64,000 nt of DNA, taken from Hydrolagus colliei. Lineage: Eukaryota. Each line of letters begins with the position of its first letter. Within the stretch, counting starts at the first letter, position 1. Shown here piece by piece: positions 1 through 12,363 of the stretch. The stretch lies in contig CM068761.1 in assembly GCA_035084275.1 (NCBI GenBank), positions 8,370,001 through 8,434,000 of the forward strand. The letters are read 5' to 3'. The notes under the pieces were generated by a model, which was given only the letters and a program-made list of their open reading frames with translations, made no database searches and was not told the DNA's origin. A program made the position numbers and the translations under genes.

Positions 1-2442
1 TTACACTGGCTTGTATTTTGCACAAATAGAACAGAAGCAACTTGAGTACCTTTCACCAAGCTATCTGTAGAGGGCGCTGTCACACTTGAAATGTACAGTA
101 ATTGACTTCTGGCTGTTCCAAAGCAGCATTTATGAATTAATCAAACTTGCATTTTATAACAATGGCAATTAGAGTCCTGTAGCATAATGGTTAGTGTGTC
201 AGTGCCTTGGGATGTCCTCCCGATGTGAAAGACGCCAGACAAATGTAATTTTGTTGCTGCTGTTTGCTTCACACATTGAGAGGACCCAGGTTCGATTCCC
301 GAGCAGGGCGAAACAGACAAGTTTCCTTATTCCACATATTTCTGTTTGCCTAGCAGTAATTAGGAACCTGGATGTTAGTTGATTGGCAGATTGCTTTCCA
401 GGGGGTAATAATTATTTTCCCCTAAAATAAATATTAAGAATAATTTGGTCACTCTATCCATGATTATTTTTGGGGTACTGCTGTGCACAGTTGGCTGCCA
501 TGTTTTGCCACCAAAACACAGTAAATCAACTTTGCAGTATATTGTGTACTGTAAAGTGTACCATATACCTAACTGTTACTTGACATATATCTGACAATCC
601 CTGACTGTTCAGGGCCTTGTGCTTTTCCAATATAGTTTTGTATATCCTGTGAAGCGCTTTGAGATGGGTCAGTGATGTGATAAGGCTTTATATAAAATGC
701 AACGTTTATTATTATCTTAAGTGAAAAGGATGGCACTTGTGACAATAATACCTCTGGATCAGTTGGTAGGAATTTTATCTGTATCAGAATGCCAAGATAG
801 AGTAACTGTTAACTTTGTGCTCACTCTCAAGTTAGGTGCTGAGAACAATAAGAACAACAAAATGACATTTATGGGAAGATATTACAAGGCACTGAACAAT
901 CAGGGTTCAGGACCCGAGCATGGTGGTGAGGGGGCTTGGGGTGGGGGTGGAGGTGTGTGGAGGGGCTGTGTTGGGATGAGGGAGGACAGAGAGTTAGGAT
1001 GGCGGCTTAAGGCATGGTTGAAGAGTGAGGGCTGCAGAAGCCTGAGGATTGAGGCAGTGGGGGAGGGGGGGAGGGGCGATGTTGCAGAGGTAGTGGATGG
1101 CGGTGCCTTCAGATAACAGTTGCATTGTCACAGCTGCCATTTTACAAATGAGCTGTAAAGACCACTGCTTAATTTTCCTATTCTTGTGGATGTTAAAGGA
1201 CTATAAAAAAAATGGTAAATCTAGATCAGCCAGAGATAAATTCAAATTAATGGGCAATATAGGCAGGTGGAGCAAAATAGCACAAGTACGATAACCAGCA
1301 AGAACGATTAAAGAGTTTAAACTGAAACAAAATGAAGCCATTTCCTGGAAATTAAAAGTTAGATGCAGTGAAGGGAACTTTTCAGATATTGAATGCATAC
1401 GTTGGATGGACCAATGATCTACTTCTGTCTAAAACTGTTACTATTTTTACTGCAGCTGAGAAGGTTAAAGTTTCACTTCCTCAAAACCATAGGATTGCAT
1501 AGCAGAAGGAGGCAAATGACTCCTTTGTATTTAGTGTGCATGTTTTCTCTTCCAATAAAGCTACAGCTTGTATATCGTGGTCCCAATTCATGATTATGAA
1601 AATTTATGATTAGAAATTAATAATAGATTGTTCATGCTACTCGCTCAGCGCTTATTTGTGTGACTATGTATCATAGTCACACAAATAATTCCAAGTGAGA
1701 TCGGAAAATGAACACAGAGTACTTGTGATTCACTATATTGTCTATTCACAGTGCAGCTGACCAGTTTCAGCTTTCTGAAACTCGCAGCGACTGTGTCAGA
1801 CGGACTGTCCCGCCTGAAATCTGGGCGGAAACAGCTTGATTTGGACAGATAATGTATTGCAAATGGGTAACTGTAATAGCTTCTTGTAGCACCCATTTAG
1901 CAAAGGTTTCCTGTTGGCAAGACACAGATTTGAATAACAACGTGGCCCAAAGAGATCTTCATTCAACCTGCAATACATGCAAGCGCTCAGCCAAGGCTCT
2001 GAGACAGCTGTACTCACTCACACACAGACCGTGACGGAAATTGCTGACAAAGAAATCAGACAGGTTGATTTGTTACCATCTCACTGGTAATAAATATTAT
2101 TCTCCCAAATGTTTTGCTTTTAGTAAATATTTATTGGCAAAAATACAGTCAATTCACTTTTCAGTATATTCTGTGAAGCGCTTTGAGAAGTCTCAAAGAC
2201 GTGATAAGGCTCATTTGATCTCACCCTTCCAGAATATCAGATGATTATTATTATTATATTACCGTCCTTCTGTTAAGGTATCAAGCTGTGTCATTTCATG
2301 TGAATGACCGTCTCTGTAAAGAAATACCCCTTGTCCCCTGTTCTGAAATTTCCCTTCACACCTCTGAATCACGGCCCTCTTGTTCTGCTGTCTTGTGTAT
2401 TCAAAAGTACGGTTTTAGCAGCAATATAGAATTGCGTATGTC

Positions 2443-2530
2443 GGCTTGGCTCAGTTGGGAGCATTCCTGCTTTTGATTCAGAAGGCTGTGGGTTCAAACC
2501 CAAATCAGGACTTGATCTGACATAATCTAA
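2443..2530 (+). mobile_element. tRNA-derived SINE head (SacSINE1/DeuSINE-like)
   Basis: A-box-like TGGCTCAGTTGG and B-box-like GGTTCAAACCC; resembles shark tRNA-SINE heads from recall. Confidence 0.45.
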
Positions 2531-2802
2531 GTAGTTCAACCTTGTGGCTTCTATGGGCCAGTTGCCAGATTTGCCAATTGAAAAATGTCTGCAGAGTTCA
2601 TCAACAATATTTTTGTTTACATTCCAGAAACACAAACTGTAAGAATCATGTAGAAATCTTGTGTTTTAAATTGTGGGACTGTATTTCTCAGTTTCACACT
2701 ATTTGAGTTACAATGCAAATTTGAAATAGGCAATGCAAAAATTCATATGAATTTAAAAACAATAATACAGTAAATCCAAAGAAGCCAGTAAAGCCACAAA
2801 GT

Positions 2803-3290
2803 ATCTGTCTCTGTGTGTCTCTCTCTCTCTATCTGTATGTGTCTCTCTCTGTCTGCATGTGTCTCTGCATCTGTCTGCATGTCTCCCTCTGTCTGCGTGT
2901 GTCTTTGTATTTGTCTATATGTCTCCCTCTTTCTCCCTCTGTCTCTGAGTGTCTCTATATCTGTCTCTCTCTCTCTCTCTGTCTCGCTCTGTCTGTGTGC
3001 TGTCTCTGTCTGTGTGTGAGCCTCTGTATCACTCTCCGTGTGTCTGTTCATGTCTCTGTATCTCTCACTATCTGTGTTGCTTTAGGGACATGGGAAAAGA
3101 GGAACAGGAGTAGGCCACAGTTCTTTGAGCCTGTTCCACCATTTAATTAGATCTGTCTCTGTAACTCCCTATGTGCCTGTGTGTATTTCTCTTTCTGTCT
3201 GCAGGTATCCCTGTTTCTGTGTGATTTTCTCTCTGTGTGCATCTTTTTCTCTGTGTGTATTTCTCTCTCTATCTCTGTGTATCTCTCTTT
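2803..3290. repeat. (CT)n/(GT)n low-complexity microsatellite region
   Basis: Degenerate ctct/tgtc/gtgt runs seen directly. Confidence 0.85.
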
Positions 3291-3624
3291 CACTGAGTAT
3301 ATCCCTGTGGCTGCTGTTACGTTGATCATAAAACTGATCATTTATTTCTTGTCCGTTTGTGAGAAATTGCTGAGTGCAATTTGGGCTGTCGCGTTCATCT
3401 ACAAATAGACTCACAGTAAATCCTGTGAAGCGGTTTGGGATATCTTTCCGAAATGAAAGGCACTATACAAAGTCCAAGAATTATTATTATTACATAGAAC
3501 ATTAAAGCGTGGAGACATGCCTTTCAGCCCAACTAACCTGTTTATACTGCACCAGAACACTCACCCCTCCAAATATCCTTTGCCATACCCCTCTATTACT
3601 TTCTACCTCAGGTGTGTATCACAT

Positions 3625-3850
3625 TTTGAACAGCAACAACTTTAATTTATATAGCACCCTCCACGCTGGACGGCGTCTCAGAGCGCTTCACAACAACGGA
3701 TCCTGGAACTGAGCCAGGGGCAGAGATAGAAAGGTGACCAAAGGCGCAGTCGAAGAGAAAGGTCTTTAGCTGGGACTTGAAACTAGGAAGAGAGGGGGCG
3801 AGGCGAAGGGATTGAGGAAGGCAGTTCCAGAGCATAGGGGCGCAGTGGCT
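3625..3850 (-). mobile_element. L2 LINE 3' fragment
   Basis: Minus-strand translation APMLWNCLPQSLRLAPSLPSFKSQLKTFLF (L2/CR1-clade ORF2 C-terminus) followed by the (TTG)n-type tail shared by many copies here. Confidence 0.75.
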
Positions 3851-4006
3851 GCAGGCACGGCACAAAGGAAAATATATTTTCCTTAAATATATTGATGCAT
3901 TCTGCGTCAACCACCACTGCTAGCAATGTGTTCCCCATTCTCACTACCCACTGCATAATGACGTTCCTCCTACAATATATTCTGTGAAAGCTTTGAGATG
4001 TCTTAA

Positions 4007-4712
4007 TAGGACCCGTCGATATGGGAAATTTCCAATGTGGATATATCGGTTGGCTTACTTGGCTCATATCGATATATACCGATATATTGATATTTTCGGG
4101 TTTTTCATACTGCGCATGCATTGGGAGGTGCACGCGCAATCGGAGGTGTGCGTGCATTCGGGACCTATCTCCTCAGGAGGTAAATATCTCTCTCTCTCTG
4201 TGTCTCTGACACTCACTCTCTCCATCTCTCTCTCTTTCTCTGTGTCTCTCTGTCTGGTCTCTTCCTCCCTCTCCCCCGCCCCCTACCCGTCTCTCCCTCC
4301 CTCTCTCCCCCCTGTCTTTCCCTCCCTCCCTCTCTCCCCCCTGTCTTTCTCTCCCTCCCCCCCCACCCCGTCTCGCCCTCCCTCTCCCCCCACCCCTTGT
4401 ATACCTGTATATTATATTCAACGACTACGAATACAATATGGCGGCTTGCACCTCAGTCTGTGCATTGTGTAGAAATGAGCATTCTGGGTCTTGTAGTTCA
4501 CTGCGCGCGCATTCTGGGTGCGCACACATTCGAATGTGCACGCGCATCCCATGCTCTAGGCCCAGGAGGTTGCAATGCCGGCGACAAGGTACCGATATTT
4601 TTTTTATATAGAATTTTTTGATATATCGATATATTTTAAATTCCGATATCGGCATATCGATATGAAAATTATATAGGAAATAACCGATATATCGATATAT
4701 CAACGGGCCCTA
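4007..4712 (+). mobile_element. hAT-type MITE (non-autonomous DNA transposon), copy 1
   Basis: TIRs TAGGACCCGTCGATAT / TAGGGCCCGTTGATAT; perfect 8-bp TSD TGTCTTAA at 3999-4006 and 4713-4720; internal CT-rich tract. Confidence 0.9.
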
Positions 4713-6449
4713 TGTCTTAACAACATGATAAAGCGCTGTATCAAATCCAAGAATTGTATTATTATTTTATTGTATAAAATAACAATCCTTGCATTTGGTA
4801 TAATGCCTTTCAGGAGGATGTCCTAAAGAACTTCAAAAAATATAGATTATATTTTAAAACATATGCATTTGGGGTGAATGTAGCAGCCAAATATTTGAGC
4901 ACAGGAATGTTTGGAAAAAACATCTATGGAGTGAGTGACCAATTTTATTTTGAGGGATTGTTGTCCGGGAGTCCGGGAAAAGCTCCCTTCTTTTTTTGAA
5001 TAGTGCCATGGGATCTTTAATGTCCATCTGAATGGGCAGAAGAGTCTCAGTTTAAAGTCTTATCCGACAATGCAGCATCCTCCTATTATAGAAGTTCTAT
5101 ATGCTTTGGAATGTCATCTTCGATTGTATGAGTGGGGCTTGAAACCCACAATCTTCTGACTCAGAGGTGAGAGTAATCCAAACTGAGACAGACTGACATG
5201 TATTTGATTTGTTCCAAGGGTATGAGCCCCAAACTTATATTTCTTGCTGTTTATTTCCTATTTGATCTTTCCTAAATATCGATATTGTAGGTAGATCAAT
5301 TACATTTTGCATTTATATTATTGAATAAGATCACTCCTTATTTTTTGTAGGAGAAATAATTGTATTTCACTTTTGTTTTCTCAGCAAACAGTAGGCCAGA
5401 AATGCCACCTAGACTAAGCCGCTTGATATTTAAGGTTTGGAATTTTGGAAAATGTATTAATTCAATCCTTATTTAGACATTAGCTTCCAACAGTTCTTAA
5501 AAAGGATAGGACTAGGTGAAATTTGGGCCTTGAAAATGTACTTAAAGATATTCCATTAGGATTGCAGATATACGTTTTGCCCACAAAATATTCAGTCAAT
5601 TCATTTTACAATATATTCTGTGAAGCACTTTGAGATGTCTCAAAGAAATGATAAGGCGCTGTATCCAATGGAAGGATTACTAATATTATTATTACTGCAT
5701 GTCAGCAACTTAGAGTTAGAATGAGGAACTTACATTATAATATCGATAGAGGGCAATGTCTACCAGCAAATGAAACAAGTGTTTCTTGACTGGTAAAAAG
5801 GGAAGTTACAAATGAATCAAACCTCCCTCACACCAGGTTCTGTAACTCTAACATTCCACCCTTGTTCAGCTCCACAGACTGCCCATTCCCCATGTGCCTT
5901 TGTATTCAAATCCCTGCATGGTCTGACATGATCCTATTCTATCTCTGCAAACTGTAACTCAACTGTTTGGGATATTGAAATGAGGTGTGAATCATCTGAC
6001 GGGACAGGACAGGATCACAATATAGAAACAGGGCCACTGAATGAAATTAGGAATGTTAGCGGGAGACAAATTGTAGAAGTCTAGTTGGAGTGATATTAAA
6101 TTGAACAACTTGGAATACATCAGCAGAGAATTTTTCACTTGGAAATAATACCTTATTTCCGAATTGAATCATAATTTCTACCATCCCAGCCACTCCCTAC
6201 ATTTCACAAAGATTAGTTTGCTTCATATCAACCAAACTCCTGGGGTCCTTCCTGCTCTTCGCCTCGATTCCCACTTTTAAAGTCTGGCTTAAGACCTTTA
6301 TATTCAACTGTTCTTTTCGTGACCTACCTCCTATACCTCCTCAGCTCCCCATCATGCCTCTTTTTTTAGTGCAGACATCCTAGGTTGGGGTTGGGCTCCC
6401 AATGGGCTCTGTGAATTGCTTTGAGATATCCTACTAACATGATATGCGC

Positions 6450-7060
6450 TTAATAAATGTTTTTGTTTAAATGTTTCAAAAGCTTGACAAGATAATATGT
6501 CAGTTGTAGAGCACCTTTCATGTCAGGATGATATCCCATGGTGCTGAATAGTGCTGAATAGTCAGGAGTCAGGACCCGACCATGGGTGGGGAGGGGGTGC
6601 AGGGTTGGGATGAGGGAGGGCAGAGATATAGGAGAGTGGCTGAAGGCACGGTTGAACAGGAGGATCTTGAGGTGAACCTTGAAGGAGGCAAAGGAGGGAG
6701 CAAGCCAAAGGGATTGTGGGTGAAGTGCCAAAGGGTGGGAGCAGAGAGACTGAATGTCCGGCTGCCGATGGTACGGTGGGTCGGGCCAGAGTAAAAAACA
6801 GGCTGGAGCCCACTGAATAGAGGGAGGGGACAGGTTGATAGGGATAAGCAGGTCAGAGAGGTAGGAGAGGGCAAGGCCCTGAAGATGAGGATGAGGATTT
6901 TGAAACCTATCCTCTGATGGATGGGGGAGCCAATGGAGACAGGTGAGGGTAGGGGTGATGGGATCAAGGAGCCTACTGCGAGAGCAGAAGCGTTTTTAAT
7001 GTTGGTGCAATCAGTGCAATGCATTGTCAGGCCCCTCATATTGCTGACCCCCAAAGTAAT
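6450..7060 (-). mobile_element. L2 LINE 3' fragment
   Basis: ORF 6569-7054 contains IHQRIGFKILILIFRAL...FSLSAPTLW; typical 3' tail near 6450-6540. Confidence 0.75.
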
Positions 7061-8929
7061 GCAAAAATCATCTAAATTGGAGGATTTGCGTGTGCTGTGC
7101 TCTTGTCTTTTGTTAAATACCTGTATAGCGAAAACCAGAGCTCTCCCCAGCCTGGCGGACCAGGCGGTCCACCTAAAGAGGCATCACACCGGACGTCAGT
7201 GACGGGACCCCTAAGAAAATTGACCAAGTAGTTTGAAGTGTTAAAAATGCCTCTGAGCGGGAGTGGACATGTGCTGCATAGTTTTGATGATCTACAGCTT
7301 GTGAGGGAAGATTTGGTGGGGGTGCGTAACAAGGAGGGAGTTTCTGTATTCGAAGCTTGAGGTGACAAATGCTTATATGAGGGTTTCGGCAGCTTGAGGC
7401 AGTGGTGGAGTCAGGCAATGTTGTGGAGGTGGTGGAAGACAGTGCTACTCATGAAGATGGATATAATAATAATAAAATAATAATAATTGCATTTGATATA
7501 GCACTTTTCTCATTTACTAGACATCTTAAAGCACTTCACAGAATATACTGTATACTGCACTGTACTGTACTGTAAAGTGAATTGATTTTTTTGAGGATTT
7601 ATTATTAAATGGAGTAAGGAAACTTGCCCAAGGTTTCACCCTGCCTAGAATCGAACCGAGGCTTGTAAGGTGAGTACTCTAATCCAATGGGGGGGAGAAG
7701 GATGGTTGAGGGTCAAACCAGATGCTTAGGTTCCTGACTGGCTGGGTTATGTAGGGTGTGCATCCATGGATGCTGATGCTGCCAATGCCTAAGGTGCAGA
7801 AGCACTAGCGCAAGCCAATAAGGGAGCAGGGAGGTTGTTACTGGGTTAGATGGTCACAGAGGTAGGGAGGGAGCAAGGTCATGGAGAGTTTGGAAGTTGA
7901 GGACCAGGTTATTGCACTGAATCCTCTGTATGATGGGAAGCCATTGTTGATGGGCGAGGATGGGGTGTGTTAGGTTTATAGAGCCTGATGCAGGGAGAGG
8001 ATATGGGCTGCAGAGTTCTGGATGATCTGCAGCCTATAGAGGAAGTAGTTTGGGAGGCCAGCAAGCAGTGAGTTTGCATTGTCAAACCTGTATGTTATAA
8101 ATGCGTGTATGAGTATCTCAGCGGCCTATAGTGTGTGACAATGCCAATGTTGCTCAGGTTGGGAAGGCTGGATAGGTCATGCCATAGATGTGGGATAGAA
8201 AGGCTAGTTGAGGGTCAAACAAGACACCTAGGTTTCAGTGTGGCTCAGTGGCATAGAGTTGGCATCCTTGGATGTTGATGCTGTCTGCACCTGATGTGTG
8301 AAAGCATTGATAGGAGCAAACTCAGAGAGCCTCAGTCTTATTGAGAAGAGAGGCAAAGAGAACATAGTAAGGAGGAGGTGCCACAGAGGAAGGTTGGGGA
8401 AGGTTGGGGTAGGGGTGATAAATGAGGAGAATTCTAAGGGGAAGATTGATGACAAAGATGTGGGAATGAGGGGAACGGTCCATAGTACTATGCAATAACA
8501 ACAACAAAATTACATTTGTAGAATGCCTTGCACATTGGGAGGACATCCCGAAGTGCTGAACAGTCTGGGTTCAGCATGGTGGGGGTGGGAGGTAAGGGGA
8601 GGTGGCAGAGTTGGGATGGGGAGGGCAAAGAGTTTGAATGGCAGCTGAAGGCATGGTTGAAAAAGAGACTGGACTTGAAGGAGGCAAGGTGAAGGGATTG
8701 TGGGATGGAGTGTAGTGAGGAGATAGACCAAGTGGGGAGATGAGAGCCACACCATCACCATGGTGATTAGTTTCTTGGTGTGGTGGAAGGTACAGCTGGT
8801 TGAGGTGCCTCAATCAGAGGAAACAACAATAACAAAAAAATTAAGCTTGCATAGTGCCCTTCATGTCAGAAAAACATCCCAATGTTGAAGGTGTCACCTT
8901 GGATTTCACTGAGGCCAAGAATGCCCCCC

Positions 8930-9565
8930 CCCATGCTACCGTGACACTTGTCCACGCATCCATCACATCTAGGCTTGACTACGGGAACCCTCTCCCTGTT
9001 GGTCTTCCCAGCTCCTCCCTTTACAAGCTGCAGATTATTCAGAACTCTGCAGCTTGTGTGCTCTCCCACTAGGCTCCGCGACCACATCACTCCCACCCTC
9101 GCCCATCTCCACTGGCTCCCCGTCCCCCAGAGGATCGAATTCATGGTTCCTCATTCTCACCTTGAAGGCAATTCACGGCCTTGCCCCCGCCTATCTCTCT
9201 GACCTGCTGTCTCCCTATCAGCTTGCCTGTCCCCTCCGTTCAGCAGGCTCTGGAGTGCTGCAAGTCCCCCACCCGAACCGCTCCACCATCGGTTTTCAGC
9301 CTCTCTGCCCCAACACTCTGCTACATCACGCAATCCCTTCACCTTGCTTCCTCCCTTTCCTCCTTCAAGGCTGGTCTCAAGACCTTCCTCTTCAACCGTG
9401 CCTTCTGCTCCCCTCCTAACTCTCCCCCCTTTCCTACTCTCCTTCTCCCTGTCCCTACCCCAACCCATTCCTCCCTGCTCGGGTTCCAACCTAGCTGTTC
9501 AGCACCTTGGGACATCCTCCCGATGTGAAAGGTGCTCCATAAATATAATTTTGTTGTTGTTGTTA
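8930..9565 (+). mobile_element. L2 LINE 3' fragment
   Basis: [15 protein letters not shown]...[10 protein letters not shown]...HITPTLAHLHWLPVPQRIEF, ending in ATGTGAAAGGTGCTCCATAAATATAATTTTGTTGTTG tail. Confidence 0.85.
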
Positions 9566-10104
9566 TTTCTGTCAACAATGAAGTAAGAGACAGTGAGGGC
9601 TTTGTCGGAGAGAGCAGATATTTCATTGGGTGATGCACAGTTGGCAGAGGAATGTGTAAGATGAGAGGGGAGGGAATAGGTGGATTGACAGGGACGTTGG
9701 GTATATAGATGTTGGGTATATAGACGAAGGAGAAGAGGTTTGCCCCTGTAATCTGGGGAATGGGGCACTCAAGATGGATGCTGCTGATGGATGCCAATGA
9801 TAAATACCATAGTGAGCCTGATGCTGGATTCCTAGATTGGAACAGAAGGAGGTTATGGGAATGGTCAAGTGGAAAATGGTGGCAGCGGAGGACCAAGCGA
9901 GAATAATGGAGGGTAGTGATCTGGGATTGTGAGAATGGGGGCATTTTGGGGGAAGGCATCTTAGGGGTGGCAGCCATAGAGCATAGACCTAGACTGAGAA
10001 CAGGTGAAGACAGGGTGGATACTAAAACTGGGGACAGTGCAAAGGGGAAATAAGGTGAACAAAGGCACAGTTGAAAAGGAAGATTTGGAGGAGATACTTG
10101 AATA

Positions 10105-10645
10105 CAATAACCTAACAGACCTGCTCTTCCTAAATAAAGATCTAGTTCCCTTTTAAAAGCTATTATGGAATCTGCCTCCACCAGCTTTTCAGGCAATACA
10201 TTCCAGATTTGAACAATCCGCTGAGTGAAAAAAATTATCCTCAGCTCCCCTTTGCTTTGTTTTGAAACTATTTTAAATCTGTGACCACGAGTCACTGATT
10301 GCCCTACCAGTGGAAACAGTCTTTCCCTATTCACCCTGTTGAAACCTCTCATAATCTTATAAATCTCTATTAGGTCTCCTCTCAATCTTCTTTGTTCTAG
10401 AGAGAAGCCTAGTCTATCTAGCCTTTCCTCGTAGCTGAAGTCCCTCATTCCTGGTGCCATCCTGGTAAATCTCCTCTGCACACTTTCCAATGCTTTAATG
10501 TCCTTCCTAAAGTGTGGTGACCAGAATTGTAAACAGTACTCCAGCTGAGGCCTAACCAAAGTCTTATAGAGGTTAATCAGCACTTCCTGACATTTGTATT
10601 CTATACCCCTATTTATAAAGCCTAGTATCCCATATGACTTCTTAA
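10105..10645 (-). mobile_element. CR1 LINE 3' fragment
   Basis: LYKTLVRPQLEYCLQFWSPHFRKDIKALESVQRRFTRM...DLIEIYKIM (CR1 ORF2 C-terminus). Confidence 0.9.
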
Positions 10646-10649
10646 CAAC

Positions 10650-12120
10650 AACAACAACAACAACTTTGATTTATATAGCACCCTCCATGCCGGATGGCGT
10701 CTCACAGCGCTTTGCAATAGCGGATCCCGGGACCGAGCCAGGAGCAGGAGCAGAAAGGTGACCAAAAGCACGGTAGAAGAGAAAGGTCTTCAGCTGTGAC
10801 CTGAAACTGGGAAGAGAGGGGGCGAGGCAAAGGGAGTGAGGAAGGGAGTTCCAAAGCCTCGGGGCATAGTGGCTGAAGACACAGCCACCGAGGGTGGAGC
10901 GGAGGATTCGGGGGACATCTAGGAGGTCAGACCCAGAGGAGCGAAGGCAGCGGGTGCTGGTTTGGGGAGAGAGGAGATCAGAGAGATAGGGGGGTGTTTT
11001 GAAAACAAGGGTGAGGATCTTGAAGTCGATCCTCTCTGGGATAGGGAGCTAGTGAAGTCTGGCAAGGACTGGGGTAATGGGGGAGTGAAGCTTGGAGCGG
11101 GTGAGTATGCGGGCGGCAGAGTTTTGGATTACCGGTAGCTAGATTTTGTGGATTGCGGTGGAGGGGAGACCGGAGAGGATGGAGTTGCAATAGTCCAGCC
11201 GAGAGGTGACAAAGGCATGGACCAAGTAGGGAACGGCGATATATCGGTGTATCGGTAAAACCCGATATGATTTTCATATCGATATGCCAATATAGACATT
11301 TTACAAATACCGATATATCGGCATGCGAGCACAATCAACTACAAGACCCAGAATGCTCATCTCTATACACAATGCACAGACCGAGGTGCAAAGCCGCCAT
11401 CTTGTATTCATAGTCCTCGAATACAATATACAGGTATGCAAGGGGTGGGGGGAGAGAGACGGCTGTGGGTGGGGGGGGTGAGGGGGAGAGACACTGCTGG
11501 GGGGGGAGGGGTGAGGGGGAGAGAGACGGCTGGGGGGGCGTGAGGGAGAGAGAGATGGCTGGGGGGAGGGGGAGATACACGGCTGGGGGGGGGGGAGAGG
11601 GGGAGAGAGACGGCTTGTGGGGGAGAGGGGGAGAGAGACGGGGGCGGGGGTGCGAGAGAGGGACGGCGGGGGGGTGGGGGGGGGGAGAGACGGGGTGGAT
11701 GTGATAATATACAGATAGATAGAGATGGGGGGGTATGTGAGAGAGGAGAGAGGGAGAGAGACATAGAGAGACACAGACAGAAAAACACAGAGATGGAGAG
11801 AGTGAGAGACACAGAGAGAGGAAAAGATATTTACCTCCTGAGAAGATAGGCTCCGAATGCGCGCGCACCCGGAACGCGCGCGCACTGGGATGCGCGCGCA
11901 CGAGCAGTACGAAAAACTGAAAATATCGGTATTTCGGTATATCTCGATATGAGCCAACCGATATATCCATATCCGGAAAATTCCCATATCGCAGTTCCCT
12001 AGGACCAAGGTTTCAGTGGCTTTTGTGGTGAGGTATTGCCGGAGACGGGCGATCCATCGGAGTGGTAGAAGGCAATGCTGGTAACGGCCAGATGTGGGGG
12101 AGGAAGGGCTGTTGGGGTCG
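10650..12120 (-). mobile_element. L2 LINE 3' fragment interrupted by hAT MITE copy 2
   Basis: L2 sequence (ATETLV|[10 protein letters not shown]) is continuous across the MITE; tail at 10650-10690. Confidence 0.75.
11227..12001 (-). mobile_element. hAT-type MITE, copy 2 (same family as 4007-4712, opposite orientation)
   Basis: TIRs TAGGGAACGGCGATAT / TAGGGAACTGCGATAT; perfect 8-bp TSD GGACCAAG at 11219-11226 and 12002-12009; internal sequence alignable to copy 1. Confidence 0.9.
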
Positions 12121-12193
12121 AACTCTGCTTTCTGTCTCGCAGCCAGTTGTGGATCCACACTACCACTGTCCCTTTAACGCTGTGGGCCTCTGT

Positions 12194-12363
12194 TGTTATA
12201 TTAGAGATATAAAAGAGAGACCGTGGAGAGATCGCCTTTCATGTAAAGCGGCTTTATTAAGAATGACCAAAAGCATGCAATTCCGTGTGCTACCACAGTG
12301 GTCACGAGAGGGCGCTATAACCGTTACATTTACATAGGGCACAGTGATAAGCATAATTCTACA
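12194..12363 (-). repeat. 3' LTR (170 bp) of the Gypsy element
   Basis: TGTAG...ATAACA on minus strand directly after PPT GGGGGGGAGA; contains AATAAA; its last ~29 bp recur at 14305-14333 next to the PBS. Confidence 0.8.

Noticed and set aside
175-340. tRNA genes (A/B-box-like sequences here and at 2443, 26908, 42696, 63040)
   Set aside because: No complete cloverleaf; each continues into SINE body, so they are SINE heads
1747-1785. Isolated CACAGTG heptamers (also 12294, 12340, 42270, 63817)
   Set aside because: No nonamer at 12 or 23 bp and not adjacent to any V or J segment
1700-2080. Possible upstream enhancer (TTGCAAAT, AAATTGCTGAC, GACGGAAAT in non-repeat DNA)
   Set aside because: Short motifs expected by chance, with no paralogue or orthologue available to test conservation
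2743-3414. Several 60-110 aa ORFs rich in S/L/C/V or E/R/T
   Set aside because: Translations of CT/GT microsatellites
9339-10583. 414-aa ORF as a single gene
   Set aside because: Chance read-through from a CR1 3' fragment into L2-derived and low-complexity sequence
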